NCBI GenBank assembly: GCA_965213685.1
Contig: CBDBZY010000041.1
Coordinates: forward strand, 384,001-448,000
Length of the DNA: 64,000 nt
Origin: a bacterium
GTDB lineage: Bacteria; UBA8248
Direction of reading: 5' to 3'
The position numbers were made by a program, and so were the translations under genes. The notes beneath the pieces are model-generated. The model was not told where the DNA came from, made no database searches, and saw nothing but the letters and a program-made list of their open reading frames with translations. Positions within the stretch are counted from its first letter, which is position 1. Every line of letters starts with the position of its first letter. Below are positions 63,295 to 64,000 of the stretch, piece by piece.

Positions 63295-63900
63295 TGAGTT
63301 ATCTCCGTATTCCTCATTCGTCCTCCCATTCCTCCTTCCTTTCCCCCTCCTCCCTCTCTCCCTCTCTCCCTCTCTCCCTCTCTCCTGCAGAGTTGGCACT
63401 GGAGGAGACAGCACAGGGCACTAAATACTCACAGAACTGTCAGTGCCATCAAAGCCATCCTGTGAGACACCCACTGCAGTCAGAGACAATTGTCTGGAGT
63501 TGCTGCATGTCTTTACCATGTAGTCACTCTATCCCCCTCACCTCTTCCTTCTCCTCCTCCTCCTCTTCCTCCTCCTCCTCCTCTTCCTTCTCCTCCTCCT
63601 CTTCCTCATCCTCCTCCTCTTCCTTCTCCTCCTCCTTCTCTTCTTCCTAATCAATCCTCTCTCCTCCTCCTCTCCTCTTCCTAATAATTAACCTTCCCTC
63701 TTCCTCCTATTCCCACTTCTCCCAGATTTATCTATCACTCACTCTCCCCCTCCCTCCTTCATGCTCTCTCTCATATCATATTGATGTCTTCATCAGTCCT
63801 AACATGTGATGTCGCAATCATTCTAATTGTCTGAACAAACTGTTTTTAATCAAAAAGTTATCACACAATATAACACATATCAGCTAGCGTAAGGTGTTTT
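63295..63900. repeat. Paralog of 250-900
   Basis: Same candidate exon (acceptor ~63390), CT tract and downstream sequence. Confidence 0.8.
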
Positions 63901-64000
63901 AGTGAATGTATAGATAAAGACATCATTATAAAAACAAATTGTGTATTGCATTTTTCACTATGCAGTATGTAAACTCATTTTACATGTTGCATACATGTAT

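Overview
This is repeat-rich eukaryotic animal DNA. It has GT-AG introns, long CT/GA tracts before acceptors, pervasive (TGTACA)n microsatellites and a 'DLG'-type TKL kinase. These traits suggest a demosponge, which is an inference. There are no rRNA genes, CRISPR arrays or prokaryotic operons. The host part is a decayed, segmentally duplicated minus-strand cassette [CTR9 exons - P2X-like TM2 exon - protein kinase - linker exon(s) - Kelch beta-propeller exon], present about twice. The one intact kinase exon (26087-24930) sits next to a frameshifted Kelch exon, while an intact, phase-compatible linker plus Kelch pair without its own kinase lies 20 kb downstream. ABCA-transporter pseudo-exons lie near 58 kb. 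Most of the rest is nested mobile DNA: a pogo element, Kolobok-, hAT-, Mutator-, Zator/Harbinger- and AcademH-type elements, a full-length decayed Gypsy and tRNA-related repeats. Five things stand out. (1) An intron-containing KDZ-type (CxC5-CxC6-chromodomain) transposon gene runs directly into a spliced DUF3987/YfjI-like P-loop NTPase gene. (2) An intact LINE has an ORF1 that begins with a SAND domain and is TAATG-coupled to ORF2. (3) Four 28-48 bp CATAG...CTATG hairpins with 7-bp TSDs look like P-element excision footprints. (4) Two hAT copies have swapped target-site flanks around a permuted 2.1 kb segment. (5) Terminally redundant tRNA-containing units may be retrozyme-like. All domain calls are by eye from motifs; no database search was run.
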